Shown here: one piece after another, positions 37,138 to 50,442 of the stretch | Layout: each line of letters opens with the position of its first letter | How positions within the stretch are numbered: position 1 is the stretch's first letter | Assembly (NCBI GenBank): GCA_002189035.1 | Contig: NEEC01000011.1 | Coordinates: forward strand, 620,001 to 684,000 | Direction of reading: 5' to 3' | From: Utricularia gibba | Lineage: Eukaryota > Plantae > Magnoliophyta | Length of the DNA: 64,000 nt | Position numbers and translations under genes: made by a program | The notes under the pieces: generated by a model | Seen by the model: only the letters and a program-made list of their open reading frames with translations | Databases searched by the model: none | Told to the model about the DNA's origin: nothing

Positions 37138-37572
37138 TGTTGAAGGATGATGTGATTGGCCAGAGTCATCACAGTGAGTCTCACGAAGGGGAAAGAATGT
37201 GGCTAGGGTTCGAGGAACAAGAAGGCCGCTAAAATGAGCTAAAACCATGGACCACCGCAACAAACAAGGCCCACCTAAGCTTTGGAAAGGCCACAGGGGG
37301 GGCTCAAACCAGCCCAGCCTAACTCGCAATACATGGGATCATGAGCAACCAACCTCCACCACTTGTGCAACGGTAACATTTATAGCCGTTGGGAAAAACT
37401 CTATAAGTACTGAATCACACCTGTAACGAGTAGATTTCTTTTCAGCAAAACAGATACAATAATATCAGTTATAGTTCAGTGACTAGAAGAGGCTCCAAGT
37501 TAGAGAGCTACATATCTCCTCCAAAGAGGCTCCAAGTTAGAGAGCTACATATCCTTTCAGAAACCCTTTCCT

Positions 37573-37650
37573 ATGGGTTTTGAACAAGCTACTGCTACAT
37601 CCATTTCATTAGGAATTGATGATCTTTTAACAATACCCTCAAAGAGATGG
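37573..37650 (+). pseudogene. rpoC2: Plastid rpoC2 fragment (NUPT)
   Basis: [25 protein letters not shown] matches RpoC2 [25 protein letters not shown]. Confidence 0.85.
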
Positions 37651-38209
37651 CAGCTTGAGTAGTAAAGTCTTTATTTCCAAGGGGTTTTAGGCTCGCTATT
37701 GTTACTTGTTGATGATACACTTTTTTTTTGGAGTTCGACAGAAGGTTATACATCTCAATTGGAAAAGAATCAAGAGAAAAAGAAAGAATTGGAATTCATC
37801 GATAGATTTCTCGAAACAATTCTCCAACTTGTCGGATGTCTCGTAATGCTAACAACTCTAGAATTCGATAGTGTAGCACCCCCTTGAAATGAGTGCATGA
37901 CTCTTTCTTAACTTAAGACATTTCGGAGTTCTTTGGACTCCTTCCAAGACTGATAGGTGCTATTCTCAATTAACTAAATTATTATTCAACCTTTTCATTT
38001 TACCAAGTTCAATCAGAACAACATAAGACAATGCAAAGAAAAAGATCAATGATTTCTACATACGTGGGTAAGACAATTTTAAAAAACTGATCACACTATG
38101 ATGATAGTATCATCTATACAAAAGCAAATTGCTTGTTAATCGTAAATAAAATTTTTCAACTTTATTTAAATTAAATTGACCGTTTTTCCTATATGAGTCA
38201 ATAGAAGAC

Positions 38210-41200
38210 TGTTGTTCCTTGTGGTACTTTCCCTGCCGCGAAAATGAGCAGTTACTCTGTTAGGGTTTATAGCAATTCCATTGGAATACTAATCATGTAT
38301 AACCGTTTGAATGTTATAAATGAGATCTTTGGGAGACCTTAACATTCATTGAGAGGTTTAAAACCTTTAGGTACACGAAGAGTTGTGACTCTTTGAGTGC
38401 AAGAAATGGTTTCTTCTCTTTCTATAAATGTTTCATTTCTCCTGATTCCAACTAGTGAGTTGAAGAGCTTGTTGAACCTTGGGAGATTACTTGATTGGTC
38501 TTGAAATAATCTCTTAAGGGCAGTGTGATCTACACACGCCTCAAGCTTTCTTTGTCTTCATCTTATTTGCTGCAGGAACTCCAACCCAACAATCTTAAGA
38601 GATTATGGCCAACGTTGTTGGGAATGACAACCACAACAACAATGTGGAGAGCAATGCTCAAGATGATCTCAATGACTTCTTGAGTGAACATACATCCACC
38701 GATCAATCATACTTTGCTCCTCACATGGTTGAACCACCAGTAGCGATGATTAGATATCTTGATACTTCCAGAATTGAAGAGTTCAATGGAACCAACTACA
38801 AAAGGTGGAAGGAACGGGTCTACACCCTACTCGACATGCATGGAGTGAGTTGGGTTTTGACAACCCCACTCACGGAGGACACCAATTATGCTTTGTGGGA
38901 CCAAGCAAATAAAATATGTCGAAACACCATTCTTTCCACCCTTACTAACTCTCTTTGACATCTATGTGAGCTACACAGATTCAAAGAAGATATGGGACTC
39001 AATGATGGAAAAGTACACTGCAGAAGATGCGGTAAAACAAAAGTTCGCTTGTTCCAAATTCTATCGCTGGGAAATGGTGGAGGATAAGGACGTTCATGAA
39101 CAAGTGAATGAGTATCTTCAGTTACTAGAGGGCTTGAATGGTGCAAACATCAAACTACCTGATGAGTTTCTGGTAGAAATACTCATTGAAAAACTACCTC
39201 CATCGTGGAATGACTGCAAGCTGCAACTCAAGCACAAGAATAAGAGGATGGATCTCTCTGAAGTAATGAAGCACATCATCATTGAGAATAAGCATAGAAA
39301 TCAGATACGCATCTTGGGGAAGGACCTTGAAACTAAAGCAAACCTTGTGGAGGATAAAGGTAAAAATTCTAAATTTATCAAGAAAAATGCCTCCACTTTC
39401 AAAGGTGAGAAATCCCTTGATGTGAAATCTTCCAACTTCAAGAAAAAGAAGGGCCACTGCTTTGTCTGTGGAAAACCGGGGCATTATGCTGCTCAATGCC
39501 GAATGAGGGCAACTCTTGAGCATAAGAAAAAACCTTCTGCTAATAACAAGGCAAACCTGTGCCTTGTTATCGGAGATAATGAGATCATTGCTGCGATGAT
39601 TTTTGAAATAAATCATGTTGTCTCTACACAAAGAGATATGTGGCTGGTAGACTCTGGGGCTACAAAGCACGTGTGCTTCAATAAAGAAGCCTTCAATGAT
39701 TATGAAGTCATCAATGGGAGAGAAATTCTGTTGGGAGATTCACACACGACTATTGCAGTTGGCAAAGGAAAAGTGAAAAATTCTCTCTTTAAATGATGTG
39801 CTTTATGTTCCAAGCATGAGATCCAATCTGGTGTTGGGTTCCATACTAGATGATGCTAGAATAAAAGTGACCTTGGAGAGTGGGAAACTTATTCTCATTA
39901 AAAATAATGTATTTATTGGAAAGGGATATAAATCCCATGGTCTCTATGTATTGAATGTTGATTCAATGAATGAAGCATCTTCTATTTATCTTCTTGAGTC
40001 CTTTAATCTTTGGCATTGGTGATTAGGCCATGTAAACAAAGGATATATGAAGAAGATGATTAAAGTAGGAATAATCAAAAATATTTGGACAGAAGATACA
40101 AATAAATGTGAAATTTGTGTAGAATCCAAATCAACAAAGAAAACATCTCACAAAGTTGAAAGGCAAGCTCAACCTCTTGAGCTAATTCATAGTGACATTG
40201 GTGATATGGAATCTTGTGAAACAAGAGGAGGTAATAAATATTATATTACCTTTATTGATGATTATTCAAGATTTTCTAAGCTTTATCTTCTTAAATCTAA
40301 GAGTGAGGCCCACGAAAAATTCATCCTTTATAAAAAGGAAGTGGAAAACCAATTGGGCAAGACAATTAAACGCTTGAAAACGGACCGAGGGGGTGAATAT
40401 GTGACCCTAAATGGGTTTTGTGAGAATCATGGAATTGTCCATGAAACAATGCCACCTTACTCACCTGAATCTAATGGCATAGTTGAGAGGAAAAACCGAA
40501 CTCTCAAAGAAATGATGAATGCCATGATGATCACAGCAAACGCTGATGAGAACCTATGGGTAGAGGCCATCTTAACGGCATGTTTTCTACAAAACTGGAT
40601 TCCACATAAGAAAACTGGCAATATTAAATATATTAAAGTGTGGGGTGTTTGGCAAAAGTCTTGTTGATGGGACCAAAGAAGAGGAAAATTGGGTCCCGAA
40701 CATGTGACTGCATGTTCATTCGATATGCACAAAGTTCGGCTGCCTATTGCTTTCTGGTATTAAAAAGTGATGAAGTGGCTATAAACACTATTCTTGAGTC
40801 AAAGAATGCTGAATTCTTTGAAACAAAATTTCCACTCAAAAAAGAACTGGAAATTAATTATGAGAGTCCTCCTAAACCTACTCATTCGGATGCAATGGGA
40901 AAAAGGAGAAGAATTCCAAATAATTTTGGGGGAGATTATTATATGTATTTGGTGAATGATGAGCCAAAAACATATCATGAGGCTATCTCATCACATGATT
41001 CTGATAAATGGAAAATGAGCATTAAATCAGAATTAGATTCGATTATGAAGAACAACACTTGGGATCTTGTGGATTTACCACTAGGATCAAAGCCAATCAC
41101 TAGCAAATAGATTTTCAGAAAGAAATATCTACCTGATGGTACTGTTGATAAATATAAAGCGAGATTAGTTGCAAAAGGCTTTACGCAAAAAGAAAATATA

Positions 41201-42800
41201 GATTACTTTGACACCTTTTCTCCTGTCACGAGAATAGCATCAATTCGAGTATTGATAGCTATGGTAGCCACACATAAATTAATAATCCATCAAATGGATG
41301 TCAAAACTGCCTTTCTAAATGGGGATTTAGAAGAGGAAATTTATATGTGGCAGCTGGATAGTTATATAATAGAAGGAAAGGAAAACGAAGTATGTAGATT
41401 GAGAAAGTCCTTATATGGATTAAAACAGGCACCAAAACAATGGCATGAAAAGATGGATTACACACTAATGAATGAAGGGTTCGTCACTTCCATGGTAGAT
41501 AGATGTATCTATCTCAAGAAGGAAAACCGTCATATTGTGATCATAGCTTTATATGTGGATGACATTCTAATTGTCTAGATGTTATATGTAAAATCAAAAA
41601 GTTTCTGTCAAATACATTTGATATGAAAGATTTGGGAGAAGCTCAAGTTATTCTTGGCGTAAAGATTGTAAAAAATAATGATGGCATCATGCTGGTTCAA
41701 AAGCATTACGCTGAGAGAATCTTACAAAGATTTGGTTATTTTAATTTAAAACCAGCAAATACCCCATATGGTTCTAGTGTGAATCTTGTAAAGAATCGAG
41801 AAGAGCCTATGTCTCAAACCACTTATGCACAAATAATTGGGAGTGTGTTGCATTTAGCAAACTATACCAGACCAGACTTGGCATATGTGGTTTCGAGACT
41901 TGGAAGATATACTAAAAATCCAAGTGAGGTTCATTGGAGAGCTTTGATGAGACTTTTAAGTTACATCAAAGGAACAATGGATTATGGAATATTCTATACG
42001 GGTTTTCCAGCAATTTTAGAGGGCGTCATTGATGCAAACTGGAACTCTAGTTCAAATGACACAAAATGCATCGGTGGATATGTGTTTACAATGGGAGGGG
42101 GTGCTGTGGCTTGGAGGTCAACCAAGCAAACCCTAGTGGCTCGTTTCACAATGGAGTCAGAATTTATTGCTATGGAGCTTGCATATGTAGAAGCCGAATG
42201 GCTTAGGACTCTTTTAATAGAGGTAAATATTGAACAGAGATTGATCACCTCTATGTCAGTACATTGCGACAACCAAGCGGCAATAGCTAATGCAGTGAAT
42301 AAAACCTATAATGGTAAAAGCAGGCATATTCTCTTGAGACATAATGTTATCAAGCAATTGCTCAAAAATGGAGTGGTTTCCATTGATTTTGTGAGGCCAG
42401 AGGTGAACTTGGCTGACCCTTTGAAAAAGCCGTTAGGGAGGCAAAAGATTGAGAAAACAACAAGGGATATGAGTTTATTACAATTAGATCGTTAGTGTAT
42501 ACGGATACCCCATCTATGTGATTGGTAATACCATGAAGTAGATTCATATTGGTAAAAACGAAGTATACATTAATGCTGGAGCATTTCCCTAATTAGCTCA
42601 AATCCATGTTGTAAGAGATGCTCATTAATATTGGAAGGATGTGTCTTACTCTTAATGGACGAAAAATCATGTTGGAGTTGATTATCTGTCCACCTATATG
42701 AAAGTGAAGTGGGGCCGCTTCTATGGAATTATGGTAAAAATTCCTAAAGCTTTCATGAATTAAGACAGGGCTGCGCATGGCTACAGAGACGCACAATGGC
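38210..42800 (+). mobile_element. Decayed Ty1/copia element (possibly TAR-like): 5' LTR about 38210-38591, no 3' LTR
   Basis: gag FNGTNYKRWKERVYTLLDMHG, knuckle CFVCGKPGHYAAQC, protease WLVDSGATKH, integrase HSDIG...KTDRGGEY, RT HQMDVKTAFLNGDL...YVDD, RNase H STMESEF-like. Multiple stops and frameshifts. Confidence 0.92.
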
Positions 42801-43830
42801 CTATCATGGCTATGTTAATAAATCCATGTTGAAATTGAGGAGAAGTCACTTCGGCAAAATCCATGTTGAAATTTGTACACACAGTAGCAAGGAAATGGAA
42901 TGAATTGGCCTATCATGGCTATGTTAATAGATAATTGATCATATTCATCTAGAAGAAAAACAGAATTGGAATTCGGAGGAATGAGCAATTCCAAGGCAAT
43001 TCACACAGCCTCTTTCTATCAAGAAAAAATGAGTAAAGCTCCCAATGTGCCTATGATTTAGCACTCGGATAAAGCTGTAACTTCAACAACTCTGGTTGTT
43101 TGAAGTGTCTTCTTGGATAGTTATAGCAGCCCAATCAGAACTTCAATGAGAAAGTCTTGAGCTTTTAGAACACAAACGAAATCTTGAATTGAATATATGC
43201 ATGGAATACAATGTGTTGTGGTTGAAAATCGGTATTCAGATAAAGGTCGACTTTCTGGTTATGGGTATAGCCGGATGCATTGTATCCGGTTATGGTTTTC
43301 GTGTTTTACTTGGTGTGGTTAATAGAGATAGAAAGGGATCTTTTTCGTGGAAACCGTCGGAGAACGGAAAAACCACGGAGCTTGTCGGAGGTCGCCAGAA
43401 AGTGATTTCACTTGATGAGGAGAGGATACAAGTTAGAGGGCTTGGAGTATGATCTTCTCTTCTTCAGGGTTTCTTATATTCATAAGAGAGGTTGGCCTAA
43501 TCGAATTCGGAATTCTATAGATGTCAGTTACTTTCTACGCCTGTTATTTAGACTATGTTTATACTTTCAGATAACCGCCAATTGCTCTATCATTGCTGTA
43601 ATTCGGCTACCTTTAAGATTGTGCAAAACAGCCGCTACTGTCAACTCTGACACTTATCGGTCTGTCAACCGGCGCCAGGCTGTCAGAACATCTTTTCGCT
43701 CCTTTTCAGTAGCCGATTAACCACATTTGATTTGTACCCCATCATTCAGTCCCTCTGATTTGCCGATATTGACCTCTTGGAAGGATCGGGGAATCAGAAC
43801 TGTTACTGATCTCAAGCACGCCGACTTCCT

Positions 43831-44900
43831 GTGGTTAGATCTCAACCCGAGTTAAATCGATCTCCATGCCATGCGTCATCCCCTGGGTGCTTGTTTTTTT
43901 CCCACCCAATTTTGGGTACCTCAACCGACGTGTCGTTTCGAATTCCGAATACCTTCTCTATAAATATGCGCTTTTCCAACCATTTCCCCCCTTTGCTTCC
44001 TCCTTTCTTTCGCGAGACTTCAGTACCGTTCGTGCTCCATCGCATTCACCACCATAAAACCCATCGGAAACTGCAGGTTTTTCAGGTACTAGTCAGTTCT
44101 TCACCTTTTCCATTCGATTTCTTAGGGTTTTTCCGAACTCCCATTTTTCCTTCTGATTTCTTTCTTTATTCTGGGTTCTGCTTCGTTCCGCGGTTAGATC
44201 CTTCTTTCATCTTTCCGAAAACAGGTGGAAGGTCGAGTGAGTTAAATATCCCTTCTCTTCGCATTCGGTACTCGATTCCTGACGAGTACATAGTCTCTCA
44301 CGCTCAGGACACCGAGATCCCTTGGGGGTTGGGAGAAAGTCCTCTTCCCTCTTTCAGTCTGCCGATTCTCCTGGCCTATTTCGAAAGCGGTTAATGCTTC
44401 CCTCTCCATCCCCTTATAGTCCGCTTTCTTCACACTTTCGCAATCCCACTTTACTGCCTTGCCCCTAACTCCATCTTTTGTTTGACCACCTTTTTGTTCT
44501 ATTCGGCTGGCTTGGATCCAGCTATGACGTTGGTAGATTTCTTCCAACCATTCAAGATAGCCGTTTGCAAAGCAAAATCTCCGATGGCTGGCCGATCCCA
44601 CTTCCAGTTTCGGCGTTTTGAGGATAACCCCAATTTTATTGTGAAAGCCCCTGACACCCACCACAATTGGTGGTCTTCCTTTCTCGGAGGACTCCTTAAA
44701 AAGGTCGGGTATCATTGGTGGTTCTCGTGATCGCCATTGGCCCCATATCGTGTCTTCTTAGGATGGCGGTTTATAACTTCCTTCTCTTAATCCTCCTTCT
44801 CCGAGTTTTTCCTTGATATTGGCTACATCCCCGATTCTCCCGAATGCTCAACCAGCAGCTCCCAAGAAAAAGAAGAGGGTTAAGGTGCTTGCCCATAAAC
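43831..44900 (+). pseudogene. Antisense extra ORF of the Tat element (gypsy-type 'putative transposase' domain)
   Basis: YSIPDEY...ILLAYFESG*MLPLHPLIVRFLHTFAIPLYCLAPNS matches the YxIP...F.xGLRLPL...L.IxPxQLxPNS pattern found antisense in Retand/Tat elements. Confidence 0.6.
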
Positions 44901-45639
44901 CTTCTAAAAAGCTCCGAGGTAGCTAGGTTTTGCTTCCCGAATTATGACACTTGTATTGTGTTTCACCCTTTTCTTGATTTATGTATGCAGCTGAGAAGAT
45001 GGTGTATAGGAGTGCTCTAGAGGATTCGGTGATGGCATGCTTTTCTACCGAGATGCATAGGATGCAGGAATCGGACGCGGTCCCCCCTGTACAGGTTTAC
45101 TTGGTTTTTGTGATCCGTTGTTATGGATCTCCGATTCTAAACTTTTTAACTTTTCTTCTAGGCTGGTTCCCCTAAAGTTCAATCGGATTCTACTGATCAC
45201 TCTTCATAGGTGGATCAAGCAGTTGAAGTTTCCGGATTGGGGAGCTGACACCTCCTCCCTCCATCGGAAAGGGGAAAGGGAAACTCTTCGCTTCTCCCAA
45301 AGCTACTGAAATTCCGACTCTTGGCACGGGGCTCTTTTCAGCAGGTGCCTCTACGTCGGCCCCTCCGAACGGGATGCGAATGGATTCTCCTCCTCCAATG
45401 GAGATATGGAAAGATCCTGCCCTTCCCCCATCTTCGGTTCCTCCCGAGTTGCATAGAGCCCTGGAGGAGGCGACCTCGAGTCTTTCGGGGGTTCAGCCGG
45501 ATATTGTGCTTAAGGGGATCTAGTAGGTATTTTTCTTTTAGTTTCTCGGGATTGCATGCAATCAATCCTTTATGTGGTGACTTTTTTCCCAGGCTTTAAC
45601 CTTTGGTTGGGGATGGCAAAGGAGATCGGATCCTAATCA

Positions 45640-46269
45640 CAGGAGGTTTCCCAGCTTCAAGCCCACACTGCGGCTCAAGATGCCAGAATAAAGTTGTTGG
45701 AAGAGGAAGGGAGTTCACTTAGGACTGTTCTCGGAAAGCGTACTCGGCGGGAGGAAGAGCTACAGAATGTGGTAGATGAAATGGGGAAGGCAATCGATGA
45801 TGCGAATTCCGAAAGGGAAAGCTTCAAGATGAGGTTCGGGGAGGTGGAAGCGGAGTTGAAGCACGTTAGGGACCATGTCTCGGCTTTGGAGGCCAAACTA
45901 CTCAATCATGTAGCGTCTTGGCGGGGACTTTTGGAGGATTTCGTCAACTCGGCCTGCTTCTCCGAGCTATTCAAAATATGCGCGGGGGACCTCATCGGCT
46001 TACTCTTGTACCGGCAGAGGCATCAATTTTGCCGGGAATTCAGGCTCTCGATCACTGATCCTCGCTTCGATAGGATCAACACCCTGACGAAGGACGAAAA
46101 CATGTTGGATGTTATCGTGGACGTGTTTAAAGCCCCAGAATTTGGGTTTGAAGCAGATTGGAAGTGCCTAATAGCACTTATTCACGCTAGGATCCAGCGA
46201 GAGAACGAGGCCAAGCTGAGAGCAAGGCTACAGAGACATGTTGGCCCCTCTACCGATCCCCTCCGATGA
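45640..46269 (+). CDS. Antisense coiled-coil ORF in the Tat 3' region (unknown function)
   Basis: 191-aa open frame (45694-46269) with heptad-like EEELQNVVDEMGKAIDDANSERESFK, located between the antisense ORF and integrase. Confidence 0.45.
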   Translation, partial: QEVSQLQAHTAAQDARIKLLEEEGSSLRTVLGKRTRREEELQNVVDEMGKAIDDANSERESFKMRFGEVEAELKHVRDHVSALEAKLLNHVASWRGLLEDFVNSACFSELFKICAGDLIGLLLYRQRHQFCREFRLSITDPRFDRINTLTKDENMLDVIVDVFKAPEFGFEADWKCLIALIHARIQRENEAKLRARLQRHVGPSTDPLR

Positions 46270-49200
46270 ACTTCGGTTTTTAAGAACTAGTACCTTTGCC
46301 CCCGCTTAGGGGTTTGAACAATTTCGAGTTCCCCCGGATTGGGGACTTTGTTTTATTGGTGTTGTTGGGGGCACTTCCGCCCTTCGCATTTGCCTTGATT
46401 TTCTTTTAACTTTCTTGATTCTAAATGTTGTATGTCTTTTGTCAACCGTTCGGCTAGGCTTTTCGGCTTTTATTTGTCTTAGTCTTTCCTTACGCGAGCT
46501 GAACCACTGCTGAGAAGCAGATCGAAACCCCTCATTGGTCGAAAAACTTCCCCAATCCGTGTGGGCCCTCTTCTAGCCAAAACCCTATTGTTTTAAAAAC
46601 ATAGGCGGATTTGCTTTGGGCACACTTGCCGTCTTGAGACTTGGCAGTAAGGTTTGTACTTAAGGGCTTTTTTGGGATTTACGCATACGGTTACGGAAAC
46701 CAGAGCCGGAATTGTACCAGAGCTTTTCCTTATCATTGGAGCCTAGGTTTAGGGGATCACATGTTTGGGGGGGAGCCTCAGGTTTGCTTGCTGTGCCCAT
46801 CGGGGGCTTAGATTTGGAGGGTTTGCCTGGGCTTACATGACTTGGCTAGGGCTTTGTTGTTGCATAGAACTTCCTTAGATGGGTTGCATTCCATGATGTG
46901 GGGAATTCCACGCCGTCTAATTGTTCTAGATAATAGGTTCCTCTCTCGATTACCCTAGAAATTCGATAAGGGCCTTCCCAATTGCGCTCTAGTTTTCCAA
47001 CATGTCTTTGCGGCTGGATGCTTAAGAGCACCAGGTCTCCTTCCGAGAATTCCCTTGGGGATGCGGATTTGTTATAACTTTTCTCCGATCTTCTCTGATA
47101 AGCACCTAGTCGGCTGTAAATACTGTCATTTTTCCTTCAACAATTCCAACTCTAATTTCCGCAGATCGGCATTTTCCTCTTCATTGTAGTGTTCTATAGC
47201 TCTTTAGTGTCAACTCAACCGGGCATACAGCTTCTGATCCATAAAACAACAAGAAAGAGGACTCTTCTATAGTGGTTTGAGGGGTGGTGCGATATGACCA
47301 TAACACTTCGTCCAACCGGTCTGCCCATGATTCAGGTTTGGTTTTCATACCTTGTGTGAGAGTTCGGTTTGTAACCTCTGTAAGGCCATTACTCTAAGGG
47401 TGGTAAACCGATGTAAAGTTGTGTTTAACCAAGTATTTGTCCAAAAACGTATCCATTTCCCCTCAGCGAACTGGGTACTGTTATCGGTTATGAGCTCCCG
47501 AGGTACTCTGAATCGGATGAAGATGTTTCTCCACAGAAACCGGATAACGGTTTCCTCTGATATTTTTTCCACATGATAACAAATTTCATGATAACGGATA
47601 ATGATGTTATCATTGGAGAAGTATTCAATCCCCATGATAACAAATTTCCTTAAGCCAGAGGTTTGGGGGAAAGGCCCCATGATGTCCACCCCCCAGCGAT
47701 CGAATGGGCTTGAGAGTGGTAGAGAGGTCAGGTTGTTTACTGATTTCCTTCGTATGCTCACATGATACTGGCATTCCATGCACTTCCTTACCACTTCAAT
47801 AATATCTTGCTTCATAGTTGGCCAATAGTATCCACTTCTCAATGCCTTTCTGCACAGTGGCCGTACCCCAACATGACTTCGCATTCTCCCTCATGCAAAT
47901 AAGTTATGAGGTCATGAGATTGCTCTTTTCCGATACACCTCAACAAGGGCCCATCAAAGGATTTTTGATAGAGAACTCCGGCTATTAATAAGTACCTTTG
48001 TGCCCTGGTCAATTAGACGAGTCATTTCGACCATAAAATTCGCAAGAGGTTGGGCTTTGATTGCCATTCTCATCCTAAATTCGATATCCATTATGCTCAA
48101 TTCGACCGCTCATTTGGAAACCCTTTTGAAAATTTCAGCTTGAGACAGAATGTTCTTTAACGGTTGATTGGTGAATACCACGATGTGCCGATTTTGGAAA
48201 TACGCTTTCAGCTTAGTGGCAGCCATTTTTAAAGCCAAGATGAACTTGTCGGTTATCGTATATCGGGTTTCTACTGGGAGGAGAACCTTACTCACATAAT
48301 ACACCCTCAGGTGCTTTTCCTTTGAAATGGTTGTCAAGACTGCACGAATCGCAACAGGCGATATTGATATGTAGAACTCCAAGGGTTCCTTGAGTTTTTC
48401 AAAAGTGACCCAACAATCCTCGTTCCATTCCATAGTGTTCCCCTTTCGAAGGGCCTTGAAGAAAGATGCCCATTTTTCTACTGACCGAGATATGAATCGG
48501 TTGAGAGTGGCCAGCTTACCTATGAGGCTTTGATATTCCTTAACTGTCCTCAGGGGCTGCATTTCACATATCGCCTTGATCCCCCTCTCTGATACGTAAT
48601 GACCAAGGAATTTTCCTCTCAATTCGGTTTCATCCTGCAGCACCGAACGTCATGGGTAGGGTTATTTTCCCGACCGTCTGCACAGCTCATTGATCGAAAG
48701 CATATAACTCCATGCGGATCAGACGGATACCTCCCTCCTTGGATGATGAAGTAACTCAGCCACCTCCTTCTTCATGATGTTGCATGAGGATCCCTGATCA
48801 ATGAGGATCCTTCTTACGTTGATGCTACTGCATATTCTCGCTACCACTAGAGGCTCAATGCGTGCAGCAGGACCAATAGGAACGTCTCCTTCGAAAAAAA
48901 ACAATTTCTTCTTTTTCCGTCACGCGTCCTTTCGGCTAGCCCTCGTCCTCCTGGCTCCTTCGTTCGCCAAATGTCCGGCCTCCTTTCTGCCAGCCCATGT
49001 GAAATCAAGCTATCTGGGAGGGAATTTTGGATACCAGCCTCCTTCGTTTCGTGTCGCACCGTTTGTCCCGCCATGATGACAGACATTTTCTCTGAATTTT
49101 ATAATTCAAAATAGGTATATTTTATTGTGGTTTAGGTTAGATAAATGTGATTTTTCATGTTTATGTGTGTTTATGTTAATTTTGTGTTTTTATGTCGAAA

Positions 49201-50426
49201 AGTGGACTAAATGCGTTGATTTACTCCACCACCTTTGTTACTAATGTTCGACTAAGTTAAGCAGGGAGATCAGCAGCAAAATCAGACTTATAAACATGTG
49301 GAACAAGTGGAAAAGGGTGCAATATCCAAAGAGAGACAAAGAGCACACTTCTGCCGCCACCTGCAGTCTCCAAGTTCAGGCCGGGAACAATGCTAGGGTT
49401 AGAAACAGTGCAATAGAGTGAAGGAGGAGAGATATTTTTCGAAAGGAGAAAACGTGTGAAGAATAGAGACGACCACAGAACGCACACAATACCAACGAGA
49501 AGAGGAGAAGGAGGGCTACATCGTCAAGAGCAGCACCAGAGCCCAGTCCAATGCTACTGTTCCGGGCCGTGGATAGTAGCAACCAGGCGACACAACAATC
49601 GTTATTTCCTTTCCATTTACAGAACGTTTTGAGTTTCTGTATCTGACTTGTTTTCAATGCTTCTGTTATTTTGAACATATTATCTAAATGGAATGATGTC
49701 TTATTTTCCAAGCATGAGTAACTAAATCCTTAAGGATGCCTTAAGGTGAAGTATGGTTGTGTGGGCTTAGGGTTAATAATGAAATTTATGTTTTTTTTTT
49801 AGTTCTTGTTTCTATCATTCCATGGGTAGACATAAGGAAGGGAACAAGTAGCTTCACAACTAAGATACTTGGATTAGAGGTAGACTAACAAATCAAGACA
49901 GGAGCAGTAGGTGTTTGTCCGGGGTAGAACCAGTAGAACAGGGTAGACCTAGTTCTATATGCTTTGCATGCGGGTAGACCTAATTGCAATGTTGATTATC
50001 ATATTGGGGACTAGCTTAGCCAAAAATATTATGAATGACTTGGGTAGACTTAGGTTTTTCGAAGTTGTGAGCATAGAAACATGGTAAATTAAATTAGGCA
50101 TCTTAGCAGCACACCACCTGCAAACGCTTAAGGCATCTTCGCATTAGTCTATGCTAAAACCAGTAATTGTTACTTTCAATGTTGAGACCTGATTTTTTTT
50201 ACTGAACTTGCTTACCTCTGTTAGTTTGAGCTTAGATTAAGACCACTCTTATTCAGAATTTTGCATCTGTTAAAACACTTAGCAAGGACAAGCTCCTCGT
50301 GATTGACCTCGAAATCTACTATAGAAGTTTTCAAAATTTTTATTTTGTGTAGATTAGGGCTTATAAATTTATTTGATATGAATTTCTATTTTTGCAATGA
50401 CCTTAAGAAATTTTTGTTTATCAAAT

Positions 50427-50442
50427 TGGCGCCATTGCCGGG
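50427..50442 (+). promoter_or_regulatory. Athila PBS (tRNA-Asp type)
   Basis: TGGCGCCATTGCCGGG lies 3 nt after the LTR and differs by one base from the canonical Athila PBS TGGCGCCGTTGCCGGG. Confidence 0.8.

Larger units (their letters stand above)
32184..37559 (+). mobile_element. Full-length young Ty1/copia element (Ivana-like): LTRs 32184-32604 and 37138-37559, TSD GAAAC
   Basis: TG...CA LTRs differ by 2 substitutions and 1 indel by my comparison. GAAAC lies at 32179-32183 and 37560-37564. Domains: gag with two CCHC knuckles, protease WLVDSGCSNH, integrase HSDVCGP...RTDNGGEY, RT DVKSAFLNG/YVDD, RNase H DSDFAG. Confidence 0.97.
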
